DNA from: Nitrososphaerota archaeon | GTDB lineage: Archaea; Thermoproteota; EX4484-205; JAAOZP01 | Assembly (NCBI GenBank): GCA_011605725.1 | Contig: JAAOZP010000012.1 | Coordinates: forward strand, 96,001-160,000 | Reading direction: 5' to 3' | DNA length: 64,000 nt | Shown: one piece after another, positions 38,097 to 48,171 of the stretch | Numbering within the stretch: position 1 is the stretch's first letter | How the letters are laid out: each line of letters begins with the position of its first letter | Position numbers and translations under genes: made by a program | Notes under the pieces: model-generated | What the model saw: only the letters and a program-made list of their open reading frames with translations | Databases searched by the model: none | What the model was told of the DNA's origin: nothing

Positions 38097-39992
38097 TTGG
38101 AAACAGTCTTGCCGACTCGCATAGTGGATACTTCAAACAGTCCCTACGCGAAGCTACGTCCTGTGCCAATTGAAGAAGTCGAGTTGAAACACGGCTTCTG
38201 GGCGAAACGCTTGAAGAGGATTAGGGAAGTGACTGTTCCATCCCAGTATGAGCTTCTTGAAAAAACCGGCAGGATTTACAATTTCAGAAGGGCAGCTGGA
38301 AGGGAGAAAGGCGGTTTCCAAGGGCTAGTTTTCAACGATTCAGATGTTTACAAGTGGGTTGAGGCCGCCGGGTTCCTTCTCGCATCCCGGTTTGACGAGA
38401 AGCTTCACAGTCTGGTTGAGAAAGTTGTTGACGATATATGTGCAGCCCAGGATGAGGACGGCTATCTGAATACTTTCTTCACGTTTGGGAACAAGGCTAA
38501 ACGCTGGTCGAACCTTGCGCGCGACCATGAACTGTATTGCGCTGGACACTTGATTCAGGCCGCTATTGCTCTTCACAGAGCCACGGGAGACCAGAAGCTT
38601 TTCAACGCTGCCGTGCGTTTCGCAAACCACATATTGAGAGTCTTCGGCCCAGACGGGAAGCCGGGGGCACCGGGACATCCTGAGATAGAGATGGCGATGG
38701 TTGAACTCTACAGGGAGACGGGTGACCCTGCATACTTAAGCATGGCTAGAAAATTCATAGATAACCGTGGAAGGGGAATAGCGGGTGGAGATGTCAACAG
38801 GATAGACCATAAGCCGTTCAAGGAGCTCGAAGAGATCGTTGGACATGCCGTTAGATCGCTGTATCTGAACAGTGGAGCTACGGACCTTTACATGGAGACT
38901 GGGGACAAAGAGGTCTGGAGCGTTTTAGAACGGCTCTGGAACAACATGGTGAAGTGCAAAATGTACGTTACTGGAGGCGTAGGCTCCCGTTACGATGGGG
39001 AAGCCTTCGGCCTCAACTATGAGCTTCCCAGCGCTCAGGCCTATGCTGAAACATGCGCCTCGGTAGCGAACTTCATGTGGAACTGGAGAATGTTTCTCGC
39101 AAGCGGGGAAGCTAAATACGTAGACGTGATGGAGCTTACTCTATATAACGGCGTGTTGGCAGGCATATCGCTCGACGGTGAGGAGTATTTCTATGTGAAC
39201 CCGCTTGCGAGCCGTGGGAACCATAGGCGGAGGAAATGGTTTGAATGCGCCTGTTGCCCACCGAACGTGGCTAGGCTTCTAGCGGGCTTACCCGGCTACT
39301 TCTACAGTATTTCTGAAGAAGGCGTATGGGTGAACCTGTATGATCAGAATGAAGCCCGCATCAGGTTTAAAGACGATGTTGTAGAGATTGCTCAGACCAC
39401 TGATTATCCATGGGACGGGAAGGTTGAAATACTTCTCGGCTTAAAGCGTGAACTAGCCTTCTCAATAAATCTTCGAATACCGGCTTGGAGTAACAGAACA
39501 GAAGTGAGCCTGAACGGTAGTAGAGTTAATGGTGACGTTAAGCCAGGGTCATACTTTAGGCTGGACAGAACCTGGAGCAACGGCGATAGAATAAGGGTGA
39601 ATTTTCAGATGGAGGTTAGAAAAATATCCTGCAACCCGCTTGTCTACGAGAACACTGGAAGAATATCTTTAGGCAGGGGTCCCCTAGTGTATTGCATCGA
39701 GGGTGTTGACAACCCCGGGTTTGACGTGTGGGACCTGTTGATTCCCGAGGATGCGGTGCTCAGCGTGGAGTGGATCCCATCCCTGCTTGACGGCGTAATG
39801 GTGATAAGGGGAGAGGGTTACGTGGCTGATTCGGACTGGATTCAGGACTCCCTGTATAGAGTTTTCAACCCGGCTGGGACACGGAGAACAGAGTTTTTAG
39901 CAATACCCTACTACGCCTGGGCTAACCGTGATCCAAGCCCCATGATCACCTGGGTCAGGTCAATACCCAGGCTGGAGAACATTCAGAAGTAA
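38097..39992 (+). CDS. GH127 beta-L-arabinofuranosidase-family glycoside hydrolase
   Basis: DSDVYKW.EA, HELYCAGH, GHPEIE, GHAVR, YAETCA, CACCPPN. Confidence 0.93.
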   Translation: METVLPTRIVDTSNSPYAKLRPVPIEEVELKHGFWAKRLKRIREVTVPSQYELLEKTGRIYNFRRAAGREKGGFQGLVFNDSDVYKWVEAAGFLLASRFDEKLHSLVEKVVDDICAAQDEDGYLNTFFTFGNKAKRWSNLARDHELYCAGHLIQAAIALHRATGDQKLFNAAVRFANHILRVFGPDGKPGAPGHPEIEMAMVELYRETGDPAYLSMARKFIDNRGRGIAGGDVNRIDHKPFKELEEIVGHAVRSLYLNSGATDLYMETGDKEVWSVLERLWNNMVKCKMYVTGGVGSRYDGEAFGLNYELPSAQAYAETCASVANFMWNWRMFLASGEAKYVDVMELTLYNGVLAGISLDGEEYFYVNPLASRGNHRRRKWFECACCPPNVARLLAGLPGYFYSISEEGVWVNLYDQNEARIRFKDDVVEIAQTTDYPWDGKVEILLGLKRELAFSINLRIPAWSNRTEVSLNGSRVNGDVKPGSYFRLDRTWSNGDRIRVNFQMEVRKISCNPLVYENTGRISLGRGPLVYCIEGVDNPGFDVWDLLIPEDAVLSVEWIPSLLDGVMVIRGEGYVADSDWIQDSLYRVFNPAGTRRTEFLAIPYYAWANRDPSPMITWVRSIPRLENIQK

Positions 39993-40288
39993 CTTGTTAT
40001 TGCCATCCATAACGAAGTTTCCTGTAGCACGCTTAGATCAGCTGGATATAGGCAACTCATAGTGTGCATCAGGTGGACATGAGCATGAAGCCGACTGTTC
40101 AACCAACGCGAGTCTGAATCTTTCAACCGTAGCCTTGGAAACCATCTTGCTCAAGAATCTTTAACGAGGGTTGAAGGTGTTGTAAATAAGGTCCCTGCTG
40201 GGGCTCAAGCATCGTAGAGCAGTTAAGCCGCTTTTTAAACGGTTATAAAGCTGAAGAAATGTTTAAGAAAAAGCGCGGTTTTACTTGG

Positions 40289-41179
40289 TTACTCTTCTGT
40301 CCTAAGCCTCGGGTTGAATATCTCTTCTAATGCCGAGGATATTAGTACGAAGCCTGTCTGAAGCAGAACTATGCATACTATTGGGGAGAAAAGATAAATC
40401 CATGCCTTCGGATTGATCAAAGCTGCTTCACCCAGCGCGATGTTTATCATCACTCCCCAGTTTACGGATGTGAACCTGAGGATGCCGAGGGAGAACAATA
40501 CGACCTGTGAATATATACCGCCGGTAAGTGCTAAGACGAAACTCATAACCAAGTAGGGCATCAGGTTAGGTATTATTTCTCTGAAGATTATGTGCATACG
40601 CCCCAGGTTTAGACATCTAGCAGCCTCTATGAAAGGCCTCTCCCTAATCGCCAGAACCTGAGACCTGATCGCCCTAGCAGTAGCCGGCCACTGCACTATA
40701 CCTATTATCAGCGAGACTTCGAACAGGTTGAGCTCCCTCGGGAGGCTGGCGGCTATAAGTATGAGAAGCGGGTACTGCGGAAGCATCAGGAATATTTCAG
40801 TAATCCTCATCATCACCTCGTCGAAAATCCCTCCAAGTATCCCTGAGGAAACACCTATGAGCGTCGCGATGGAAATAGTTACTAAACCAGTCATCGCGGC
40901 GATTAGCAGAGCCTCCCTAGAGCCGTTGATTATCTGCATAAGCACATCCCTCCCGTAGGCATCTGTGCCCAAAGGATGCTCAAGGGAGGGTGGAAGATAC
41001 CTTTTCGCCGGATAGGCCCTTATGTCGAGCGGGAAGAAGAAAGGGCCGATGAGCGCCATCAGTAGGAAGAACGTGACGATTATGAAGCCAGCCATGGTTG
41101 AAGGCTTCTTCCTAATCACGTTGAAGGCGAGCATCAGCCTTTTAGACATTCTTCGCCCCCTCTCACTCATTTCCCTCAC
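40289..41179 (-). CDS. Opp/Dpp-family ABC transporter permease (C type)
   Basis: HPLGTDAYGRD, FIEAAR..G. Confidence 0.92.
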   Translation of the reverse strand: MREMSERGRRMSKRLMLAFNVIRKKPSTMAGFIIVTFFLLMALIGPFFFPLDIRAYPAKRYLPPSLEHPLGTDAYGRDVLMQIINGSREALLIAAMTGLVTISIATLIGVSSGILGGIFDEVMMRITEIFLMLPQYPLLILIAASLPRELNLFEVSLIIGIVQWPATARAIRSQVLAIRERPFIEAARCLNLGRMHIIFREIIPNLMPYLVMSFVLALTGGIYSQVVLFSLGILRFTSVNWGVMINIALGEAALINPKAWIYLFSPIVCIVLLQTGFVLISSALEEIFNPRLRTEE

Positions 41180-41182
41180 CTA

Positions 41183-42166
41183 TTACTCAAACCTTATTCT
41201 CGGGTCAAGCCTACTGTAGAGCAGGTCCGCCATGAAGTTAGCAGCCACGACGGCGACAGCAGTTATCAAGAACAGTCCAGATATCAGCGGGTAGTCCCTA
41301 GCATAGACAGCCTGGTTGAGAAACCTGCCTATACCCGGGTAGAGGAAAAGATTCTCGATTAAGAGTACTCCTCCAAACATGAAGCCTAGGGCGATGGCGA
41401 ACCTGGTGAACAACGGTAGCATAGCATTCCTACCGACGTAGGCGGTCACTATCCTCCTATCCTTCAAACCCCTTGCCTCCGCAGCAGTAACATAGTATTC
41501 TCCAAGCACAGAGATCGTGCTACTCTTCATCGTGAGAATCCATCCTCCGACTGTTGTCAAAACATAAGTTAGGATCGGCAGGACTGCATGCCGTAGCACG
41601 CTGATCACGAAATCCAGGTTGAAAACCCGTGGGTCAACCCCGCTGTACGGGCCTGAGGCGGGAAGCCATTTCAACTGTATTGCGAAAACCCATATCATGA
41701 AGAAACCAAGTATGTTCTGCGGCATAGCTGTTGTGATAGAGGAGTAGAATGACAATACCTTGTCGATGATTGAACCCCTCCTGTAGGCCATGTGCATTCC
41801 TAATACGATGCCGAGCAGGAAGCTTATAACTAGGGAAATAGATACTGAGAACACTGTCCACGGTATGCCATAGCCCAGTATCGTTGCCACGGGAGTGGCA
41901 AGCCAGATGGAGTAGCCCAGGTTACCGGTTAAAACCCCCTTTAGGAAACTTACGTATTGTTCGTGAAGCGGAGCCGTAGGGACGAAGGAGAGAGCCATGG
42001 AAACCCTCGTCAAAGCCTCCTCGTAGGAGTAGCCCAGTGCGAGAAACTGTTGAATCATCATGTCAACAGGGTTCCCGGGCATCATCCTGTAGAGGAAGAA
42101 GTTTATCGTTATCGCGCAGAATAGGGTGAACAATGAGAGAGCAGCCTTCCTGAATATCCACCTCAT
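41183..42166 (-). CDS. Opp/Dpp-family ABC transporter permease (B type)
   Basis: MPGNP, YVTAAEARGL, F.YPGIG, RDYPL, LDPRI. Confidence 0.92.
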   Translation of the reverse strand: MRWIFRKAALSLFTLFCAITINFFLYRMMPGNPVDMMIQQFLALGYSYEEALTRVSMALSFVPTAPLHEQYVSFLKGVLTGNLGYSIWLATPVATILGYGIPWTVFSVSISLVISFLLGIVLGMHMAYRRGSIIDKVLSFYSSITTAMPQNILGFFMIWVFAIQLKWLPASGPYSGVDPRVFNLDFVISVLRHAVLPILTYVLTTVGGWILTMKSSTISVLGEYYVTAAEARGLKDRRIVTAYVGRNAMLPLFTRFAIALGFMFGGVLLIENLFLYPGIGRFLNQAVYARDYPLISGLFLITAVAVVAANFMADLLYSRLDPRIRFE

Positions 42167-42235
42167 TCACAATGCACCTCGTTCACAATAGGGTCTTAAA
42201 AAGGGTGTTAAAAAAACTTTCGTATACGGGGAGAG

Positions 42236-44302
42236 TTATTTGCGTTTCCTCTTTACTAGGATGAAGTATGCTGCAACTATCACTATTACTATGACCACCA
42301 CTATGCCTATGTACATCTCGTAAGGTATCCTGGTGAAGACCGCTTTAACCGTGTGAGCCCTATCCATAGTTATGGTTATCGAGGTACTTGTTCCTGCAGG
42401 CGAGCCGTCGACCTCCCACCTCTCGAAATTATAGCCGCTGGAAGGAGTTGCCGTGACAGTTACCTTATCGCCCTTAGCGTACTCGTATGAGCCTGGAGCG
42501 AGGCTCGTTGTCCCTCCTTCAGAAGCCAGAACTGTCAAGGCGATCTTTGGCTTCAACCAGCCGAACGCGAACAATGGCCTAAGACCGTGCAGCTCGTATG
42601 ATCCTAGTCCACTCCAGTAACGCGGATCGGTTGGGAAGACGAACCTCTTGTTCATGTAGATCACGACGGCAGGAGCATACAGGTTTATGACTGGAACCTC
42701 GTTCCCAGTTATGTAGGAGAGCGTGGAGTATATCTCTGTAAGCTGAGCCTGGCTTATCTGAGCCGGGAACAGGTTTATGTCTAATGCTAGCTTAGTAACG
42801 TTCACTGGCTGAGTCTTCCATGGGACAGAGTGCATCTGGCCCCATGTCTTAGCGGGATCATGACCGGGGTATAGAGCCATGTACTTATGGTAGTACTCGT
42901 CGAACGAGAAGCCCGGTGAACCGTAGACTCCTCCACTCAGGTCGTAAGCACCCTTGTAGAACATGTCTGTCCAGACGGCGCTGTCAACCACTTGAACGTT
43001 AATCTTTATCCCAACCTTCTCCAGCTGGGCTTTAAGGTTTTCAGCCGCAGGAGCGTTGATCCATGATCCTCCGGTTACGAGTGTGAACTCAAGCCTTGTA
43101 CCGTTCGGAGTCACGTAAACCCCGTCAGCACCCTTCCTGAAGCCCAGGCCTTGAAGGATCTGCTCAGCCTTAGCAGGATTATACTCGTACTTGAAGTCTT
43201 TAAGATACTTGTCTATGAAGCTCTGGTTCAAGTATCTTGTTAAGTCCGGCACGTTGAACCCAATCACGTAGGGCGATGGTACGCATCCTCCAGTATACTG
43301 GACCCATCCTACCTCAGTCCTGTTTATAGCGTATGCTAAAGCTCGCCTGACTTCAACCATGTTCAACGGGTACTTAGCCTTGTTAATGTAAAGGGTTACT
43401 CCAACAGGCCTAGGTATCCTGATTGTCCAGGCCCACGGGTTCGCCTCAAGCTGCTTCACCAGCTCTGGAGCAGGCGAAATGGCCCAGACGTAGTCAACCT
43501 CGCCGCTTATCACTGCCTGCCACACAAGGTCTGAGGTCGCATACCTTATAAGGTGTATTTCGTCTATAGGCGGCTTGCCGTTCCAGTAGTCGGCGAAGGC
43601 TTCAAGCACTATCTTCGTCTCATCAACGCTCTTAATCTTGTAGGGGCCGCACCCTATTACTGTTTCAGGCCTATAGTTCTTAAGCTCGTCTATAAGGTCC
43701 TGAAAGTCGGCAGTATTCGCGAAAATATCCTTGCCCTCCCTTATCCTTGCCTGAACCTTGTCCGCAATACTGCCATACTGAGTGTAGGAGACTATCATCC
43801 AGTGCCACAGAATGTAGAACACTGGGTAATCCGTCTTCTCCTTAAAGGTGAACTTGATAGTGTAGTCGTCAATAACCTGAACATCCTTTATGTAGTACCA
43901 CAGCCTGTCTTTAAGAAGGTAGACGCAGTATAGCGTGGCCAGAACATCCTTATAGGTTAGCTCATGGCCATCATGGAACTTGACTCCTTTTCTCAGCTTA
44001 ACCTGGAACCACATGTAGTTCGGGTCCAGCTGCCAGCTCTCCGCCACACACGGCACGTAAGTGCCGTTTGCAGCGAAGTAGTGGGTCATAAGCTCGAGAA
44101 CCCAGTCGAAAACCCCAATGTTGCCGGAGATGAAAAAGTTCCAGTGCCCAACGGGGGGCGGGTTGTAGCCGAAAGGCCTCTTCCAAACAGTCTTCTCCTC
44201 CTGGGCTACGACAGTCTTGTAGGGAGTGAAGGATTGTGGAGCCATGGTTATTAGAAGCATCATACAGATCAATCCTGACGCTAATATTCGCCATGCCTTC
44301 AT
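42236..44302 (-). CDS. Family 5 ABC solute-binding protein with signal peptide, C-terminal InlB-B-repeat-like domain and TM anchor
   Basis: LRKGVKFHDG, GCGPY, VRRALAYAINR; TVTATPSSGYNFERW; terminal TM helix + KRKRK. Confidence 0.9.
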   Translation of the reverse strand: MKAWRILASGLICMMLLITMAPQSFTPYKTVVAQEEKTVWKRPFGYNPPPVGHWNFFISGNIGVFDWVLELMTHYFAANGTYVPCVAESWQLDPNYMWFQVKLRKGVKFHDGHELTYKDVLATLYCVYLLKDRLWYYIKDVQVIDDYTIKFTFKEKTDYPVFYILWHWMIVSYTQYGSIADKVQARIREGKDIFANTADFQDLIDELKNYRPETVIGCGPYKIKSVDETKIVLEAFADYWNGKPPIDEIHLIRYATSDLVWQAVISGEVDYVWAISPAPELVKQLEANPWAWTIRIPRPVGVTLYINKAKYPLNMVEVRRALAYAINRTEVGWVQYTGGCVPSPYVIGFNVPDLTRYLNQSFIDKYLKDFKYEYNPAKAEQILQGLGFRKGADGVYVTPNGTRLEFTLVTGGSWINAPAAENLKAQLEKVGIKINVQVVDSAVWTDMFYKGAYDLSGGVYGSPGFSFDEYYHKYMALYPGHDPAKTWGQMHSVPWKTQPVNVTKLALDINLFPAQISQAQLTEIYSTLSYITGNEVPVINLYAPAVVIYMNKRFVFPTDPRYWSGLGSYELHGLRPLFAFGWLKPKIALTVLASEGGTTSLAPGSYEYAKGDKVTVTATPSSGYNFERWEVDGSPAGTSTSITITMDRAHTVKAVFTRIPYEMYIGIVVVIVIVIVAAYFILVKRKRK

Positions 44303-44373
44303 ACCGTTTTCACCGTTAGAAAATGTTTCACAGCACTATATAAGTTTTTTACCTTGTTAAAAAAAATCGATAA

Positions 44374-45375
44374 CTAGGTGAATCTCTCTGCGAAATGGCA
44401 TGCGACCAGCCTCGAGTCGAACTCCCTAAGCTCAGGGACATGCTCCTCACATATTTTCTCAGCATACGGGCACCTCGGGTGGAACTTACACCCGCTTGGC
44501 ACTTGCTCCAGCCTAGGGACCTCGAGGCTCCTAAGCTTCGGTATAGGCCTGCTCCTAGTAAGCCTCGGGTCAGGCACTGATATGGCTGTCATCATGATCT
44601 GAGTATAAGGATGTATAGGTTTTTGTATTACTGAGTCCCCCTCTCCAGCCTCAACTATGCTTCCAAGATACATCATAGCAATCTTGCCACGGCCCTTAAG
44701 TATGAAATACCTGGCTATTCCCAAGTCGTGGGTGATGAAGAGATAGGACATTCCGAATCTTTTCTGGAGCTCCAGCATAAGGTCCACAGCACCCAGTCTT
44801 AAAGAGGCGTCCAGCATTGAGACAGCCTCGTCGGCAACGATATACTTTGGTCTCAAGGATACTGCCCTTGCAAGTATTATCCTCTGCATCTGTCCCCCGC
44901 TCATCCTAGCCGGATACCTGTTCAGAAAGTCTTCCGGCGGCGCCAGCCCCACCATGGTGAGAAGCTCTTTCAACCTTTCGTAGGCAGCTTTGCTGTCAGG
45001 AACCTCCTTGTTCCGGATTAGAGGCGGAGCCAAGGACTGGAAGATTGTTCTAACAGGGTTTAGACTAGTATACGGGTCCTGATGGATTATCTGAGCGTTC
45101 CTCCTGAAATAAGTAAACTCTTTCTTCCCCATTGACCAGATGTCCCTGCCTTCGAAAATGACGCTTCCAGAATCGGGTTTCAACAATCCTAGCGTAAGCT
45201 TGCCGAGAGTGCTTTTCCCACAGCCGCTTTCACCGACGAGCGCCACATTCTCCATCCTGCCTATTTCAAGAGATACTTCGTCTACAGCCCTAACAGTCTT
45301 TTTAGGAGTGAATATGCCTCCTTTCGCAAACTCCTTCGTAACCTTTACAACTCTGAGAAGAGGCTCCTCGCTCAA
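44374..45375 (-). CDS. Opp/Dpp-family ABC transporter ATPase (F type)
   Basis: GESGCGKST, MSGGQMQR, ADEAVS, C-terminal C.FHPRC. Confidence 0.93.
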   Translation of the reverse strand: MSEEPLLRVVKVTKEFAKGGIFTPKKTVRAVDEVSLEIGRMENVALVGESGCGKSTLGKLTLGLLKPDSGSVIFEGRDIWSMGKKEFTYFRRNAQIIHQDPYTSLNPVRTIFQSLAPPLIRNKEVPDSKAAYERLKELLTMVGLAPPEDFLNRYPARMSGGQMQRIILARAVSLRPKYIVADEAVSMLDASLRLGAVDLMLELQKRFGMSYLFITHDLGIARYFILKGRGKIAMMYLGSIVEAGEGDSVIQKPIHPYTQIMMTAISVPDPRLTRSRPIPKLRSLEVPRLEQVPSGCKFHPRCPYAEKICEEHVPELREFDSRLVACHFAERFT

Positions 45376-46364
45376 TTCAGCTCACGCCACCTGTGACACG
45401 CCACCAGCGAAACATCGTCCACCCGCTCCAGATTCGGCCTAACTCTTGAGCAGATTTCAACCCTATGCGGGCACCGCGGGTGGAACTCGCAGCCCGGTGG
45501 AGGGTTAACCGGGTCGGGGAGCGGCCCTGGAAGGGGCTTAAGCTCATCGACGCTCCCCACTATGCTTGGAACAGCCTTTAGGAGAGCCCTGGTATATGGG
45601 TGCCTAGGCCTGTAGAAGATGTCTTCAACGCTGGCCGCCTCAACTATTACACCGCCATACATAACGGCAACTCTGTCAGCAATCTCAGCAACCTGTGCTA
45701 AGTCATGGGTTATGAATATCATTGATTTCTTGGTTTCCCTTCTTATGTCGACGAGAGTTTTCAGGAAGAACTTTTGAGTTAGCACGTCTAGGGCTGAGAA
45801 CGGCTCGTCCAGGATGAGTAGCTTCGGGTCTAGAAGCATCGCCATAGCCGCTACGGCGCGTTGCTTCATCCCGCCGCTAAGCTCATGCGGATACCTTTCC
45901 AAAACAGCTTCAGGGTCTAACCTAACCATCCGCATCAACTCTTTCGAGCGTTTCAATATCTCATCCTTCTTAGCGTTTTCATCATGAGCAAGAGTAGTGT
46001 CAACCATGTGCTCGAAAATCCTCATGACCGGGTTGAAAGAGTTAAATGCCCCTTGAAAAACAATCGCTATCTCCTTCCATCTGAACCTTCTAAGCTCCTC
46101 CTTACTCATGCTTAAAATATCCCTTCCGCCGAAAATTATTTTCCCGCTCGCGATACGCCCGTTCGGGTCAACTATCCTCAGTATTGTATGCGCCAATACT
46201 GATTTTCCACAGCCGCTTTCACCAACCAGGCCGAGCACCTCGTCGCTGTAAACATCCAGGTCGAGATTGTCCACAGCCCTCAGAATTCCCCTTGGAACCC
46301 TGAATTCAACTGTAAGGCCCCTTATGCTTAGCAGTACTTCTTTGCCTCCTGCTGCAGACGACAA
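45372..46364 (-). CDS. Opp/Dpp-family ABC transporter ATPase (D type)
   Basis: GESGCGKS, YPHELSGGMKQR, LDEP, HPYT. Confidence 0.93.
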   Translation of the reverse strand: MSSAAGGKEVLLSIRGLTVEFRVPRGILRAVDNLDLDVYSDEVLGLVGESGCGKSVLAHTILRIVDPNGRIASGKIIFGGRDILSMSKEELRRFRWKEIAIVFQGAFNSFNPVMRIFEHMVDTTLAHDENAKKDEILKRSKELMRMVRLDPEAVLERYPHELSGGMKQRAVAAMAMLLDPKLLILDEPFSALDVLTQKFFLKTLVDIRRETKKSMIFITHDLAQVAEIADRVAVMYGGVIVEAASVEDIFYRPRHPYTRALLKAVPSIVGSVDELKPLPGPLPDPVNPPPGCEFHPRCPHRVEICSRVRPNLERVDDVSLVACHRWRELN

Positions 46365-46467
46365 CAGAGTTCAGATGCGTGGAAAACAGGGGCATTAATA
46401 AATTTTTTAAATAAGGCCGTAGCCTTCGAAAGCAACATTTATATTTCAACCAGGGAAGCCGGCTTTA

Positions 46468-46677
46468 ATGGATCCGAATACGGGGAGGCTTGCCCTAAAC
46501 CTGGCCATGGTGCTGCTCGTGCTTGATTTAATAGCCCTGCCCTTTGTGGATGTGAATTCAGGAGAGTTCTTCATAGCGCTGGTTGGAATAATCGTTCTAG
46601 TCTTGTTCATCACCCTGGTTTCCATAGAGATAAGGAGAGAGGTGAAAGCAGCGTCTATAGACCCGGCTAACAGCTAA
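46468..46677 (+). CDS. Small two-TM membrane protein
   Basis: Two hydrophobic helices; TATA box about 46438-46444. Confidence 0.65.
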   Translation: MDPNTGRLALNLAMVLLVLDLIALPFVDVNSGEFFIALVGIIVLVLFITLVSIEIRREVKAASIDPANS

Positions 46678-46698
46678 ATAAAAAGCTTTTTTACAACG

Positions 46699-48072
46699 TT
46701 ACTTCTTTCTGCTCCTCCTAACCAGGAGGAGACCCACCACCATTATGAGGATTAGAGCAGCCACAGTTAAGAAAACCCATTCTGGGGCTCTAACAGACAC
46801 TTTCGCTACCTCGCTTTTCGCAGTATTACCATTTTTATCACTTGCCTCAACGTAGAACAACACTTCTGTGAAAGCGTTTTGCCCAGGTATGTAGGCATCA
46901 TACCTGTCAGCTAAACGACTCATAGTAATCCTAGACCAGCTTGCCCCGCCGTCAGTAGAATAATACAGAATAACCTCTTTAACGCCTGTTCCGACGTCAG
47001 TAATCCATGCGGACACTTTTATAACCTCTCCCATGACAGGGCTATCAGGGCTTCTCGACACATTCACTATCTGAGGAGGATACGTGTCTACAATAACTGT
47101 GATCCATGCCGATCCCTCCACGTAATAGTCAGGGGAATATCCTTCAGCCACAGCACTAATCATATAATCACCCACGCTAGTATCATAATAATAGACAACG
47201 ATCTGCGTTTCTCCGTTTCTTATCTCAACCCTGTCAACCGGCTCACCACCTGGACTTAGAGAGAAAATTCCTGTTCTAGACGAGGTTGAAAGCTTTACTA
47301 TTGTTGAGCCGAAGCTAATCCAGTCTTGTTTAAATATTCTGTCACCCCTGATAACGAGTATACCGTCTTGGGAAAGCCTCTTAATAGTTATGCCAGCCCA
47401 TTCGCCAGATACTAGGAGAGGATTGCTCACCGTAATGTTGAGCTTGGGAGGGATAAACTCAACGGTTAGAAATGGCCTCTTATCCTGCTCTAAAGATTCC
47501 CTAGAGAGGAACCATGCTTCTTGGCTGACAGGTGAATTTTCAGAGCCATCAAGAATCTCCCAGCCTAAGTTACGCCACGCATACTCCTCTATTCCGTTAA
47601 GAAACTTCTGAACCTGATCAGTAACATCCCAAACCACCCATCCGGGGGTTGTTGGAACGATTGATGAAGCAGCGAACGTTGACGTTGATTCCGGCCTCTT
47701 ACTCCATGCAAGTGAACCCTCGTCCCAGGCTGAGGTTAAGTGATAGCAGAGATAGGTCCTGTTAGAAGCAGGTGGTTTTGAAAGATAAAGAAAGAGTTTT
47801 GCACGCAGCACGGATGCGCCAGGAGGGATCGTGGAAATATTGAAGAAGACGTAGGTCCTCGCGTTTCCTGCTTCTGACGACCTTACTTTCAGAAGCTCTA
47901 CTCCACCATGAGAACTATTAGGATTCTCCTGGTCGGCATATGAATCAGCTGAAGCCTGGAAAACAGCTGCGACCTTATCCTGCTCGCCGTGAACAGTTAG
48001 AGCAGGAATGTTTAAAACCATAAGCGTCAAAACTGCTGAAAACATGATGCTAAACAATATTTTTTTCCTCAT
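46699..48072 (-). CDS. Cell-surface DNRLRE/CBM96-like domain protein with Ig-like domains and C-terminal TM anchor
   Basis: Signal peptide MRKKILFS..., ADSYADQ.NP, RTYVFF, WDVT..V, C-terminal TM + RRSRKK; the ORF track starts at 48141. Confidence 0.75.
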   Translation of the reverse strand: MRKKILFSIMFSAVLTLMVLNIPALTVHGEQDKVAAVFQASADSYADQENPNSSHGGVELLKVRSSEAGNARTYVFFNISTIPPGASVLRAKLFLYLSKPPASNRTYLCYHLTSAWDEGSLAWSKRPESTSTFAASSIVPTTPGWVVWDVTDQVQKFLNGIEEYAWRNLGWEILDGSENSPVSQEAWFLSRESLEQDKRPFLTVEFIPPKLNITVSNPLLVSGEWAGITIKRLSQDGILVIRGDRIFKQDWISFGSTIVKLSTSSRTGIFSLSPGGEPVDRVEIRNGETQIVVYYYDTSVGDYMISAVAEGYSPDYYVEGSAWITVIVDTYPPQIVNVSRSPDSPVMGEVIKVSAWITDVGTGVKEVILYYSTDGGASWSRITMSRLADRYDAYIPGQNAFTEVLFYVEASDKNGNTAKSEVAKVSVRAPEWVFLTVAALILIMVVGLLLVRRSRKK

Positions 48073-48171
48073 TTCCAATCCACATAGCATGCATGTAAAT
48101 AACCTTATAAAGATTTTCCCTGTAGACAAGGCATGTATCAAGCCAAGTTTTATTAATAACTCTAACAGGAA

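Noticed and set aside
39993-40288. About 300-nt intergenic gap with a short minus-strand ORF (MSKMVSKATVERF...)
   Set aside because: No recognisable motif, tRNA cloverleaf or repeat; cannot be supported as a gene or RNA.
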